Source of the DNA: Rhodospirillales bacterium | Lineage (GTDB): Bacteria > Pseudomonadota > Alphaproteobacteria > Rhodospirillales > JASLLZ01 | DNA length: 64,000 bases | Direction of reading: 5' to 3' | Assembly: GCA_030746775.1 (NCBI GenBank) | Contig: JASLLZ010000008.1 | Span: forward strand, 1,062-65,061 | Part shown: positions 41,091 through 51,205 of the stretch, piece by piece | Numbering within the stretch: the first letter of the stretch is position 1 | How the letters are laid out: the number at the start of each line of letters is the position of its first letter | The notes under the pieces: model-generated | Seen by the model: the letters and a program-made list of their open reading frames with translations, nothing else | Databases searched by the model: none | Told to the model about the DNA's origin: nothing | Position numbers and translations under genes: made by a program

Positions 41091-42455
41091 TTAGTCCAGG
41101 GTGACGGTCTGGATGTCGGCCTCGCCCTCGCCGATGCTGAGCGTCACCGGGAACGACACGACATGGGCCCGCTTGCCGGCCGCGTCATCGTGGACGGAGA
41201 AGCCGAAGGTATACACCGTGTCGGGCTCCAGGATTTTGTCGTCCAGGGGATTGCCGGTATCCAGTTTGCGCCGCATCACCACCGTGTAGGTGCCGTTATC
41301 CAAGCTACCCTTGGCGTAGTCGACATCGGCCGCCGAGCCCTTGGCCTTGGCGCTGTCCAGGATGTGGGCCGGCAGGATATCGCCCTCCTTGAATTCGACT
41401 CCATCAGCGGACGCCGTGGTCTTGCCGACGATCAGGTGCTTGGCCTTGGCTGGATCTTCCAGGTCGCTCTCGGCGAGGACGCTGAACCCAACCGCGGCTT
41501 TGTCGAACACGTAAGCAGGTCCCTGGCGCATCTTGCCGTTGGGCCACAATTGGCTGCGGCCTTCGTCGACACTCTTGACTTCGAGCACGCTGTAGTCGGC
41601 GGCAACACCCGCCGGATTGGTCAGCGCGGCGTCCCAGATGATGAGATCGAGGAACTTTCCCTCCTCGCGCAGGGACTTTAACTCCTCGGCCGACGCGACC
41701 GCGTCCCAAGCGGTCTCGTCGGTCCGCGACTCGGGCAGAAACTTGCGCACCAAGTCATTGGAGAGGCCGAATTGCTTGTAGAGCGCCCCTACCACCGGGT
41801 GCTGGGCGACCTCGTCTTCAATGGCCTGATCCTCCATCCCGACCATGGAGTCGTGGCAGGTCATCCAACAGCCCTGACCGGGGTACATATCGACGTTCTC
41901 GTCACCGATCATGATGCCGAGGCGGTCCGGGTAGATCGCCGGCTGCCCGTCATCGACGACCGCTTCGTGCTGGCGATGGTTGCCGTACCATTGCCACTCG
42001 GAGCCGTCGTAACGCATGAAATTACCCATGTCGCCGGGGCCCTCGCCGCTGCTCTTCCAGGAAAATCGCATATAGAGGTACACCTCGTCGTTGGCCGCCT
42101 GCACCTCGAGAGGGACCAAGGACACTTTGCCATCGACGGGATTGGGCTCGATAGAGTGCTCGACAACCAGGGCCTCGCCCAGGTCCGCCTCTTCTTCCCT
42201 GTGGCATTCCAGGCACGGGTCGCCGTCCTCGACCGCTTTGGCCACCCTCTTGTGCTCCTCGCTGCGCAGCCACTGGTAGCTCGATTGGCCTGGATAGAAA
42301 AGCGGTAAGGTCGTGCTGGGAAGCTCCGACCAGTCGATCTTCTCGACGTCGGCGGCTTTGGTCGGGGCGACTTCCAGGAGAAGCCCTACCAGGGCCGACC
42401 CAAGCACCGCCTTCACCCGTGGCGGGACACAAGATTGGTGACGAAAACCGGTCAT
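41091..42455 (-). CDS. Exported haem-binding protein related to the ethylbenzene dehydrogenase gamma / cytochrome c-552 (EB_dh) domain family
   Basis: 454 aa. Signal peptide ...LLLEVAPTKA|AD. CLECH (CXXCH, codons at 42201-42215, which I verified on the DNA) and GCWMTCH (CX3CH). The family call rests on overall resemblance from memory and is tentative. Confidence 0.6.
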   Translation of the reverse strand: MTGFRHQSCVPPRVKAVLGSALVGLLLEVAPTKAADVEKIDWSELPSTTLPLFYPGQSSYQWLRSEEHKRVAKAVEDGDPCLECHREEEADLGEALVVEHSIEPNPVDGKVSLVPLEVQAANDEVYLYMRFSWKSSGEGPGDMGNFMRYDGSEWQWYGNHRQHEAVVDDGQPAIYPDRLGIMIGDENVDMYPGQGCWMTCHDSMVGMEDQAIEDEVAQHPVVGALYKQFGLSNDLVRKFLPESRTDETAWDAVASAEELKSLREEGKFLDLIIWDAALTNPAGVAADYSVLEVKSVDEGRSQLWPNGKMRQGPAYVFDKAAVGFSVLAESDLEDPAKAKHLIVGKTTASADGVEFKEGDILPAHILDSAKAKGSAADVDYAKGSLDNGTYTVVMRRKLDTGNPLDDKILEPDTVYTFGFSVHDDAAGKRAHVVSFPVTLSIGEGEADIQTVTLD

Positions 42456-42677
42456 GGCGTCTTTTCCTTTCGTCCATCCCCAACGGGAGATATTTCGGCG
42501 TCCGTGGTCAGTTCAACTCAATGGAAATTCTCGATCCGTGCCGTTCTCTGTTTTGTCTTTACGGCGATTGTCTTTTCCGAAGGTGGGCAGGTACCATCGG
42601 GGGACGAAGGTGTCATTGATCCTCGTCATTAATCGGCATTTTCAAGGCTGATCGACGAACGGCCGCAAGGCGTTGCG

Positions 42678-42706
42678 TTGACAGGCGCGGCGATTGGGAT
42701 TGTACT
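42678..42706 (+). promoter_or_regulatory. Candidate sigma70-type promoter for the racemase-family gene
   Basis: TTGACA (42678-42683), a 17-nt spacer, then TGTACT (42701-42706), about 40 nt before ATG 42748. Confidence 0.3.
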
Positions 42707-42747
42707 GAATTCCTGTTTCCCGAGGCGCAGCAACAAGGGAAAGAGCC

Positions 42748-43578
42748 ATGAAACGGGCCGATACGATGACACGCGACTTGGAAGGCCGCCAATCGGGGTC
42801 GGCGTCCGACAGGGTCACCGGGCACGGCCGCATGGCCCATGGCGGCAAGTCGGTCTATGGCGCGCGGATCGGCATCTTGATGCTGGACATGGAAATCCCG
42901 CGCATTCCGGGCGACATGGGTAACGCCGGGACGTGGCCGTTCCCCGTCCTGTTCAGGACCGTGCGCGGCGCCAACCGCGATTGGATCCACGAGGCAAAGC
43001 GCGAAGAAGTATTCCAGGCCTTTTGCGACGATGCCCTTGGGCTGGTGGCGGAGGCCGCCGACGGCATCGCGATTTGTTGCGGCATGATGTCGCTCTACCA
43101 AGATGAGTTGGCCGAGCGCTGCCGGGTGCCGGTGGTGACGTCGTCGTTGATTCAAGTGCCCTTCGTCGAACGCCTCTTGCCGCCCGGCAAGCGGGTTGGA
43201 ATTCTCACCGTCTCGACCAACCTGCTTAAACCCAAGCATCTGGAAGCGGCCGGCGTCGCCCCCGAAACGCCCATCATGGGGTTCGAGGATTCGGACGAAT
43301 TCATCGCCATGCGCCGGCGCACGGACCCAATCATGGACGTCGCCAAGGTCGAAAGCGAAACCCTCGCCATCGCGCAAAGACTGGTCGCCGATCACCCCGA
43401 TCTCGGCGCCCTGGTCATGGAATGCACCAATCTGCCGCCCTTCTCGCGCGCCGTTAGCGAGGCGACGGGTCTTCCGGTCTTCGATATTTACAACTTTCTG
43501 TGCTGGTTCCACGCCGGGCTGGCGCCGAGGGACTTCGGCCACCCGGGCAGCGCGCCCCGGGATTGGCGCGAGCGCTGA
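42748..43578 (+). CDS. Asp/Glu/hydantoin racemase superfamily protein
   Basis: ARIGILMLDMEIPRIPGDMGNAGTWPFPV and GALVMECTNLPPF motifs. AAGGGAAAG lies upstream of ATG 42748. An internal start (MAHGG) is possible. Confidence 0.7.
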   Translation: MKRADTMTRDLEGRQSGSASDRVTGHGRMAHGGKSVYGARIGILMLDMEIPRIPGDMGNAGTWPFPVLFRTVRGANRDWIHEAKREEVFQAFCDDALGLVAEAADGIAICCGMMSLYQDELAERCRVPVVTSSLIQVPFVERLLPPGKRVGILTVSTNLLKPKHLEAAGVAPETPIMGFEDSDEFIAMRRRTDPIMDVAKVESETLAIAQRLVADHPDLGALVMECTNLPPFSRAVSEATGLPVFDIYNFLCWFHAGLAPRDFGHPGSAPRDWRER

Positions 43579-43585
43579 GGCGACC

Positions 43586-44854
43586 TCAGTCGCCGTCACC
43601 AGGCGGGGATAGGAAATCGAAGGCCGTCATGGCCATCACGTGAAAGACGGCGAACAGGTCATCCAAGGTCGCATATTCGTCGCCGCCGCCCAGGTTGTGA
43701 GGCGTCAGTCCATAGACGATGCTGGGAATGCCCGCCCGCCGGTACAGGCGGCTGTCGGAGGCGCCGACGCGCATGTTGACCACCGGCGCGGTGCCCAGGA
43801 TTTCTTGGCCATTCTTGACCGCCAGGCGGACGATTTCGTGATCGGGGTCGGTCCAGTTGGGCTCATAGCGCCGCTCGATACGATAGGCGACGCCGGCCAG
43901 GGGATCGAGCAGGCGGGCGATGGCGGCCTCGACCTCGGCCACCGTGACGCCGATGGGCAGGCGGATGTCGACGCCGGCACGGGCGCGGTCGGGCACCAGG
44001 TTGGGTGAGATGCCGCCATCGAATGTCCCGATGTTGACCGTGAGCGCCTGCAGGACCCGTGTTTCGCCGGCGCCCGAGATGGTTTGCGACACGTCGGCGG
44101 CCTGAGCGATGGCGTCCGCCACCTCGGGCGGCGTGGCAACCGGCAGGTCACACAGGGTGACGAGCGCGCCGAGCGCCCCCATCAGCCGCTCGACGGCGTT
44201 CTCGCCCAGGTGTACATGGGCGCCGTGGGCGGCCCGTCCCTCGGCCGTCACTTCAAGCCAGATCAAGCCTTTCTCGCCAAATCGGACGACCATCGGCGAG
44301 CCGGCGTCGGCGCAGATCATGGCATCGCCGGTGGCATGCGGCACGGTATCCAAGAGGTACTGGGTTCCCAAGACGCCCATGGTTTCTTCGTCCCCGGCCA
44401 GGGTCACCACCAATTCGCCGGCCCAGGCGTCGCGTATCTCGGCGAGCATGGCGAAGGCGAGGATCGAACACGCCAAGCCGCCCTTCATGTCCGAGGCGCC
44501 GCGCCCGCCGATCCGCCCGTCGGCGGCCTTGCCGGCGAAGGGGTCATCGGACCACAGCGCCGACTCGCCGGCCGGAAAGGTGTCCAGGTGGCCGTTGAAA
44601 ATCAGGCGACGGCCCGGCCCGCCACCCTTGATGCGGGCGACGACGTTGACGATCGGGTCGGTCGAGGGGACCAACGCCACTTCGGCGCCGTCGACGCCCG
44701 ACAGAAGTTCGCCCGCCACCGCGGCGATGGCGGCGGTATCTCCCGGCGGGTTCTCGCTCGGCGTCCGAATCAACCGTTGAGCCGTTTCCACGAGGCGCGG
44801 CTGTTCGTCGGCCAGACGCTGCGTGAACTCGCTTCTGACGGCTTGGCACTGCAT
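43586..44854 (-). CDS. M20-family metallohydrolase (ArgE/DapE/CPG2-like)
   Basis: FNGHLDTFPAGE and GRGASDMKGGLAC metal-site motifs. 422 aa. Confidence 0.85.
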   Translation of the reverse strand: MQCQAVRSEFTQRLADEQPRLVETAQRLIRTPSENPPGDTAAIAAVAGELLSGVDGAEVALVPSTDPIVNVVARIKGGGPGRRLIFNGHLDTFPAGESALWSDDPFAGKAADGRIGGRGASDMKGGLACSILAFAMLAEIRDAWAGELVVTLAGDEETMGVLGTQYLLDTVPHATGDAMICADAGSPMVVRFGEKGLIWLEVTAEGRAAHGAHVHLGENAVERLMGALGALVTLCDLPVATPPEVADAIAQAADVSQTISGAGETRVLQALTVNIGTFDGGISPNLVPDRARAGVDIRLPIGVTVAEVEAAIARLLDPLAGVAYRIERRYEPNWTDPDHEIVRLAVKNGQEILGTAPVVNMRVGASDSRLYRRAGIPSIVYGLTPHNLGGGDEYATLDDLFAVFHVMAMTAFDFLSPPGDGD

Positions 44855-45049
44855 GGTGTTCTCCCCTTGCCTTGGCGGCGCTCGGCCTCCCCGAATTCAA
44901 GGACTGCTCCTTGGTATTACCCAAGCCGGAGCGGATAGCAACCGTCGTCAATCCCGCCACCGGTCATGGTTCCCCCCGCCGCACCTGTGCTACGATCGCG
45001 GCGGGCGGCGACGCCCGATCGGCGAATATCGTTCAAGGGGAGAAGGGAC

Positions 45050-45935
45050 GATGGGCAAGGACAAGACTGCACTCGGCTACATCGGACTGGGTCTGATGGG
45101 ATGGCCGATGACGGAACGCCTGCTCGACGCGGCGTGTCCGGTAACGGTGTGGAACCGAAGCCGCGACAAGATCGTACCGGCACTGGAGAAGGGAGCCAAG
45201 GAAGGCGCCTCGCCGGCCGAGGTGGCCAGCAACAGCGACATCGTGCAGACCTGCGTCACCGACGGCCAGGCGATGGAAGAGGTCGTTTTCGGACCGGGAG
45301 GCATCGCCGAGGGCGCGGCGGCGGATAAAGTCCTTATCGACTATTCCACCATCCCGCCGGATGCCGCCCGCGACATGGCGGCGCGCCTCAAGGATAAGAC
45401 CGGCATGCGCTGGATCGACGCGCCCGTCACCGGGGGCGTCGTCGGCGCGCGGGCCGGGGCGCTGGTCATCTTCGCCGGCGGCGACGAGGCGGACATCGAA
45501 GCCGTGCGCCCGTCGGTCGAACACATGGCGCGGAGCTTCACCCGCATGGGACCGCAAGGCGCCGGCCTGGTGACCAAGCTGTGCAACCAGACCGTCAACG
45601 CCTGCGTCAAGGTGGTGCTTTCCGAAATGCTGTCACTGGCCCGCGACGGCGGTATCGACGGGGCGACATTGCCGCAAGTGATGAAGGGCGGCTCGGCCGA
45701 TTCAAGCCAGTTGCAGCGTGAGGCGCCGCGCATGGTGGCGGGCGACTTCGACAACCCCCACGGCACCGCCTATACCATTCACAAGGACCTGGGCATCATC
45801 GCCGACTTTGCCCGCGAAAGGGGTACGGCGATGCCGGTCACGGCGCTGGTCAGCGAACTTTACCGCCTGCATATCGCAAAGGGCGACGGCGGGCTCGATT
45901 CGATCTCCATCTTCAAGCTGTTCGACCGCGCGTGA
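45050..45935 (+). CDS. NAD(P)-dependent 3-hydroxyisobutyrate dehydrogenase-family oxidoreductase
   Basis: YIGLGLMGWPM Rossmann motif and LVTKLCNQ. 294 aa from ATG 45050. Confidence 0.85.
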
Positions 45936-45957
45936 GCGAGGGGGAGGGGTCGGCGCC

Positions 45958-45999
45958 TAGAGGATTTTCCGTTCGCATGCATTCACCGAAAATCCTCTA
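45958..45999. repeat. Perfect 12-bp stem hairpin (possible bidirectional terminator or REP-like element)
   Basis: TAGAGGATTTTC, an 18-nt loop, then GAAAATCCTCTA. A further 7-bp hairpin GCGGATG-TAAC-CATCCGC lies at 46030-46047. Confidence 0.6.
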
Positions 46000-46094
46000 A
46001 CTCCTTGTTTTAACAATCAATACGTCGTCGCGGATGTAACCATCCGCTCGGGATTTGCGCTAGCAGGTTGCTGAAACACGCGGTTCGTGCAAGC

Positions 46095-46194
46095 GATCCT
46101 TCGAGACGCTCGCTCGTGCTCGCTCCTCAGGACGAGGAGAATCAATTACTTAACCCTCATGCTGAGGAGGCGCGAAGCGCCGTCTCGAAGCATC
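46095..46194. repeat. Inverted pair of REP-like elements (CCTCATGCTGAG - GC hairpin - TCTCGAAGCA family)
   Basis: 46155-46194 CCTCATGCTGAGGAGGCGCGAAGCGCCGTCTCGAAGCATC. 46095-46137 is its approximate reverse complement (GATCCTTCGAGACG...CTCCTCAGGACGAGG). Confidence 0.7.
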
Positions 46195-46227
46195 TGGCGT
46201 CAACAAAACCTCTTTATCAACAGCCTG

Positions 46228-47808
46228 CTAGGCTTCCATGTCGACGTCAAGGATTTCCGCCACGGGAAGGACGGCGATGTCGCGGAATTTTTCGTACTTG
46301 GAATTTTCCAGGTCGACCAGATTGGAGATCCGCGCATAGGTGTTGGGGACGAAAATATCGTCACCGTCCCGGTCCTCGCGGCGAATGCCGAATTCGAGCC
46401 CGTCGCGTTCCTTGGACGTCAGTTGACCGAGCATGTTCTTGGTCACCCACACCGAGCCGCCACGAGCGAAGTCGCTAAGCCGGCCGGCGATATTGATGGT
46501 GTCGCCAAGCACCGTAAATTCGATATGTGTCGGCGTCTGATAGGTGCCGAACCATTCGCGGCCCTCGACCAGACCTATGTTGAGCATCAGGTCGTTGGTC
46601 CAGTTCTTTCGCTTTTTCCAGGCCCGGCTGATTTCGTCCATTTTGGTCCGAATCTCGTGGGCGCAGCGCAATGCATTGAGAACGTAACTGGAATCGGGCT
46701 GGGGAAAGAAATAATAAACCATGCCATCACCGACGTGCTTGCCGTGCGTCGCGTAGTACTTTCGGAGCACCGGCTCCATCGTGCCCCAAACGTCATTGAT
46801 TAATTCGAAGTATTCCTCGGGCGGCAGTTCGGCACAAATTTTTACCGAATTCTGGATGTCGGCGACGACCACCGCCAGCGGCGTCAGATAGGGTCGGCGC
46901 CTTTTCAGAAGGTCGCGAATGAGGATGTCGCGGCGTGCCAGCAGGGCCATCAGCGAGTCGTTTTCGTCGCTCACGGGCGCGTAGGTGAAGAAAATTCCCT
47001 CGCGGAAAAAGATTGCGAAGACGTCAAACCAGCGGCCCTTGGCACCGCGCGTCGCCAGGTTGGCCTGGGCATGAAGAATTTGGGCCGAGCCGGCGGCTTC
47101 GGTTTCGTCGTAAAGGCGGGCCAAGGTGTTCAATTCGTCATCACCGAGACCCGCGTCAATTGTCATAAGGGCCGACTTCGAAAGCCGCTGTTTGGCGATA
47201 CCGAGATGGAAGCGCAGCAGTTCCTCGGCTCCCTCCGCCTGGCTAATCGGTCCGTCGCCCAATAAAAGCGTGAAAAGGTTACGTTCCGTGATATCGCCGG
47301 GAATGCCTTCCGCCATGCCCAAGGCCTGCTCCCAGGCCTCGCGGTTCGCCCATTCCAACTCAAATTTTCCATTGACCAGGTAAGCTGGGCCGGAAACCTT
47401 ATCCAAGGTCAGCCGCACTCCGCTGTCCGGCATGGACTGGGCGGGGTCCCAAGTCCCGCGCCGTTTGTCGCCACGCCTTTCCCCTTTGCGATCTTTTGCC
47501 TTTGGGCTTTTTTGGCCATCAATCGAAGAAACAATCTCGGCCATGCTCAAGCCTTGCTTTTTCAACTCGGCGACTCGTTCGATGACCTTTAATGTGGAAG
47601 AGGGGAAATAGCCGATGCGGGGCGCGCGGCTGGTGTCCGACGCCGAGCGTTTCACTACCGGCTTCGGCAGGATTCCCGCGGCAATGTAATTGTTCAGGTG
47701 GCGCGGGAGATTCCCGCGCTCTTCATCAATTCCTTGCTGGTTAGCATCGCTTCTTCCCCTGAAAGCTTTGTGTTTTTCTGTATATTTAGACAGTATATTC
47801 ATTCGCAT
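46228..47808 (-). CDS. Class III adenylate/guanylate cyclase with an N-terminal MerR-like HTH region
   Basis: C-terminal cyclase domain (VVVADIQNS..., HGKHVGDGMVYYF, FTVLGDTINIAGRL). N-terminal HLNNYIAAGILPKP...LKVIERVAELKKQGLSMAEI resembles MerR. The start is ATG 47808 (TTG 47811 in the track). Confidence 0.8.
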   Translation of the reverse strand: MRMNILSKYTEKHKAFRGRSDANQQGIDEERGNLPRHLNNYIAAGILPKPVVKRSASDTSRAPRIGYFPSSTLKVIERVAELKKQGLSMAEIVSSIDGQKSPKAKDRKGERRGDKRRGTWDPAQSMPDSGVRLTLDKVSGPAYLVNGKFELEWANREAWEQALGMAEGIPGDITERNLFTLLLGDGPISQAEGAEELLRFHLGIAKQRLSKSALMTIDAGLGDDELNTLARLYDETEAAGSAQILHAQANLATRGAKGRWFDVFAIFFREGIFFTYAPVSDENDSLMALLARRDILIRDLLKRRRPYLTPLAVVVADIQNSVKICAELPPEEYFELINDVWGTMEPVLRKYYATHGKHVGDGMVYYFFPQPDSSYVLNALRCAHEIRTKMDEISRAWKKRKNWTNDLMLNIGLVEGREWFGTYQTPTHIEFTVLGDTINIAGRLSDFARGGSVWVTKNMLGQLTSKERDGLEFGIRREDRDGDDIFVPNTYARISNLVDLENSKYEKFRDIAVLPVAEILDVDMEA

Positions 47809-47944
47809 CAAATGTCAAATTGGCTGATATTAAGGCGATTGCACTCTCACCCAACCGTCTGAAAGGGGGTGGCCAATACGCGGTCCTGGTATTAATTGGA
47901 CAGTCTAATTAAACGGTGGCACGCTTACGTTCATCGTGCCACGC

Positions 47945-47972
47945 AAAAAAAAGCCCCGCCGAAAGGCGGGGC
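47945..47972 (-). terminator. Rho-independent terminator downstream of glnA
   Basis: The minus strand reads GCCCCGCC-TTTC-GGCGGGGC followed by TTTTTTTT. Confidence 0.85.
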
Positions 47973-47999
47973 ATGGTCGGCCGGAATGGCGCGGCAGGC

Positions 48000-49421
48000 C
48001 TAGGACGAATAATACATCTGAAACTCGACCGGGTGCGGGGTATGCTCGAAGTTGTAGACTTCCTCCCACTTGAGTTCCATGTAGGCGTCGATGAGATCGT
48101 CGGTAAAGACGTCGCCCTTTTTCAGAAAATCGCGGTCTTCGTCCAGGCTTTCCAGGGCCTCGCGCAACGACCCGCAGACCACCGGCACGCCCTCCAATTC
48201 CTCGGGCGGCAGGTCGTAGAGGTTCTTGTCCATGGGATCGCCCGGGTGGATCTTGTTCTGGATTCCGTCAATGCCCGCCATCAGCATGGCGGCGAAGGCG
48301 AGATAGGGGTTGGCCGTCGCGTCGGGATAGCGCACCTCGACCCGCTTGCCGGCCGGCGAGGCGGTGAACGGAATACGGCATGAAGCCGATCGGTTGCGCG
48401 CCGAATAGGCCAACAGGACCGGTGCCTCGAAGCCCGGAATCAAGCGCTTGTAGCTGTTGGTGCCGGGATTGGTGAAGGCGTTGAGGGACTTGGCGTGCCT
48501 GATGATGCCGCCGATGTAGTAGAGCGCCGTGTCGGAAAGATCCGCATACCCCGAACCGGCGAAGGTCGGCTTGCCGCCTTTCCAGATGGACTGATGGGTG
48601 TGCATGCCAGAGCCATTATCGTCGATTACCGGCTTGGGCATGAAGGTGGCCGTCTTGCCGTAGGTATGGGCGATCATGTGGACGCAGTACTTGTAGATTT
48701 GCATGTTGTCGGCACAGCGCACCAAGGTGTCGAAGACGATGCCCAGTTCGTTCTGGCTCGGCGCCACCTCGTGATGGTGCTTATCCATGCTGAGGCCCAT
48801 CTCCTGCATGGTGGTGACCATCTCGGCGCGCAGGTCGGACAGGGAATCCACCGGCGGCACGGGAAAGTAGCCGCCCTTGGCCGGCGGCCGGTGGCCGACG
48901 TTGCCCTCGGGCAGGGTCTTGCCGCTGACATAGGGCCCCTCTTCGGAATCGATTGAATAGAACGTTTTGTTCATGGTGACATCGAAGCGCACGTCGTCGA
49001 AAACGAAGAACTCGGCCTCGGGACCGAAATAAGCCGTATCGCCGATGCCGGTGGTGCCGAGATAGGCCTCGGCGCGCCTGGCCGCCGAGCGCGGATCGCG
49101 CGAATAGGGCTGGCCCGTCGACGGCTCCAGCACGTCGCAAAACAAGATCAGAACGGCCTGGGCCGAGAAGGGGTCCATCACCGCCGTCGCCGGATCGGGA
49201 ATCAGCGCCATGTCCGATTCGTTGATCGCCTTCCAGCCGGCGATGGAAGAGCCGTCGAACATGATGCCGTCGGCAAAGGCCGCGTCGTCGATGAATTCCG
49301 TCGTCATGGTGAGGTGCTGCCACTTGCCGCGCGGGTCAGTGAAGCGCAGATCGACGAACTTGATCTCATTGTCCTTGAGATACTTGATCACGTCGGCGGG
49401 TGATTTGCATTTGAGGGTCAT
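48000..49421 (-). CDS. glnA: Glutamine synthetase type I
   Basis: 473 aa. Beta-grasp N-terminus ([14 protein letters not shown]), catalytic domain, and an adenylylation-loop-like NLYDLPPEE. Confidence 0.95.
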   Translation of the reverse strand: MTLKCKSPADVIKYLKDNEIKFVDLRFTDPRGKWQHLTMTTEFIDDAAFADGIMFDGSSIAGWKAINESDMALIPDPATAVMDPFSAQAVLILFCDVLEPSTGQPYSRDPRSAARRAEAYLGTTGIGDTAYFGPEAEFFVFDDVRFDVTMNKTFYSIDSEEGPYVSGKTLPEGNVGHRPPAKGGYFPVPPVDSLSDLRAEMVTTMQEMGLSMDKHHHEVAPSQNELGIVFDTLVRCADNMQIYKYCVHMIAHTYGKTATFMPKPVIDDNGSGMHTHQSIWKGGKPTFAGSGYADLSDTALYYIGGIIRHAKSLNAFTNPGTNSYKRLIPGFEAPVLLAYSARNRSASCRIPFTASPAGKRVEVRYPDATANPYLAFAAMLMAGIDGIQNKIHPGDPMDKNLYDLPPEELEGVPVVCGSLREALESLDEDRDFLKKGDVFTDDLIDAYMELKWEEVYNFEHTPHPVEFQMYYSS

Positions 49422-49489
49422 CGATGGGGTTCCTCTTTCCTGGTCCTTGATGCGATGGATGGATCGGCGAAAGGCGGCCGCCGGGGCCG

Positions 49490-49966
<477 letters not shown>

Positions 49967-49985
49967 TCACCGTGGCCTTTGGGCA

Positions 49986-50002
49986 TGCCTAAGGATTAGG
50001 CA
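49986..50002. promoter_or_regulatory. 17-bp perfect palindrome, candidate enhancer-binding (NtrC-type) site or hairpin
   Basis: TGCCTAA-GGA-TTAGGCA, which follows the TGC-N11-GCA pattern. Centred roughly 85-90 nt upstream of the putative -24 element. It is also part of a larger hairpin at 49981-50009. Confidence 0.3.
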
Positions 50003-50035
50003 GATGCCCAATTAGTCGGCGCACCTTCGGTGTCT

Positions 50036-51205
50036 TTACAAGAGTCTCCTGATCCGGCGGATGGCCTCTTGGATGTTCTCGGTGCTGTTGGCATAGGAGA
50101 AACGGATATAGCCCTCGCCGAAAGCGCCGAAACTGGTCCCGGCGACGGTCGCCACGCCGGCTTCTTCCAACATGCGGTTCTGAAGCTCGCCGGCGCTGAT
50201 GCCGGTGCCGGTGACGTTGGGAAAGGCGTAGAAGGCGCCGGCCGGCTCGATGCAGCTGAAGCCCGGCAACTGGTTGAGATCGGTCATGATCACCTTGCGC
50301 CGTTCGTCGAAGGCGGCGACCATTTTGTCGGGCTCGTCCTGAGGGCCGGTCAAGGCCTCAATGCCGGCATATTGGGCGGCGGCGTTGACGCACGAGTTGC
50401 AGTTGATGGCAAGACGCGTCGCCTTGTCGGCCAAGGCCTTGGGCCACACGCCGTAACCCATGCGCCAGCCGGTCATGGCGTATGTCTTGCTCCACCCGTC
50501 CAGGAGGATGACCCGGTCGCGGATAGACTCGTACTCCAACAGGCTGACGTGTTTGCGTCCGTCATAGAGCATGCGGCTGTAGATCTCGTCCGACATCACG
50601 ACGACCTGGGGATGAGCCTCCAGGCCCTCGACCAGGCGGTCGATCTCGACCCGCGGCACGACGCCGCCGGTCGGATTGGCCGGGCTGTTGAGGATGATCA
50701 GCCGCGTCGCCGGCGTTACCTGGCTCAGCACCTCGTCGGCGCTGAACGAAAAGCCGGTCTTCTCATGGAGCGGCATGGGCACCGCCTTGGCGCCCGAGAA
50801 CTCGATCATCGATTCGTAGATCGGAAAGCCCGGGTTGGGATAGATGATCTCGGCGCCGGCCTCGCCGAACATGAGGATGGCGAAGAACATGGTCACCTTG
50901 CCGCCGGGCACGACGACGACGCAATCGGGGTCGACCTCGACGCCACGGTACTTGGCGATGTCGGCGGCGACGGCCTCGCGCAATGGCGCGATGCCGTTGG
51001 CCGGGGTGTAGCCGTGGTGACCGTCGCGCAGGGCCTTGATGGCGGCCTCGACGATGTTATCGGGCGTCTTGAAGTCGGGCTGGCCGATGCCGAGGTTGAT
51101 GATGTCGCGGCCCTGATCTTCCAACGCCTTGGCCTTGGCCAGGACGTCGAAGGCGGTTTCGGTGCCGAGGCGCGACATGCCGGCGGCGAGTACGGGGGAG
51201 GCCAT
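50036..51205 (-). CDS. Class I/II PLP-dependent aminotransferase (aspartate aminotransferase-like)
   Basis: NLGIGQPDFKTP and the PLP-Lys motif GWSKTYAMTGWRMGY. ATG 51205 is preceded by AAGGAAG. The track start 51223 is possible. Confidence 0.85.
   Translation of the reverse strand: MASPVLAAGMSRLGTETAFDVLAKAKALEDQGRDIINLGIGQPDFKTPDNIVEAAIKALRDGHHGYTPANGIAPLREAVAADIAKYRGVEVDPDCVVVVPGGKVTMFFAILMFGEAGAEIIYPNPGFPIYESMIEFSGAKAVPMPLHEKTGFSFSADEVLSQVTPATRLIILNSPANPTGGVVPRVEIDRLVEGLEAHPQVVVMSDEIYSRMLYDGRKHVSLLEYESIRDRVILLDGWSKTYAMTGWRMGYGVWPKALADKATRLAINCNSCVNAAAQYAGIEALTGPQDEPDKMVAAFDERRKVIMTDLNQLPGFSCIEPAGAFYAFPNVTGTGISAGELQNRMLEEAGVATVAGTSFGAFGEGYIRFSYANSTENIQEAIRRIRRLL

Noticed and set aside
46087-46803. 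238-aa plus-strand ORF and the overlapping ORF 46068..46478.
   Set aside because: The N-terminal parts are translations of REP-like elements, and the remainder is antisense to the adenylate cyclase gene.
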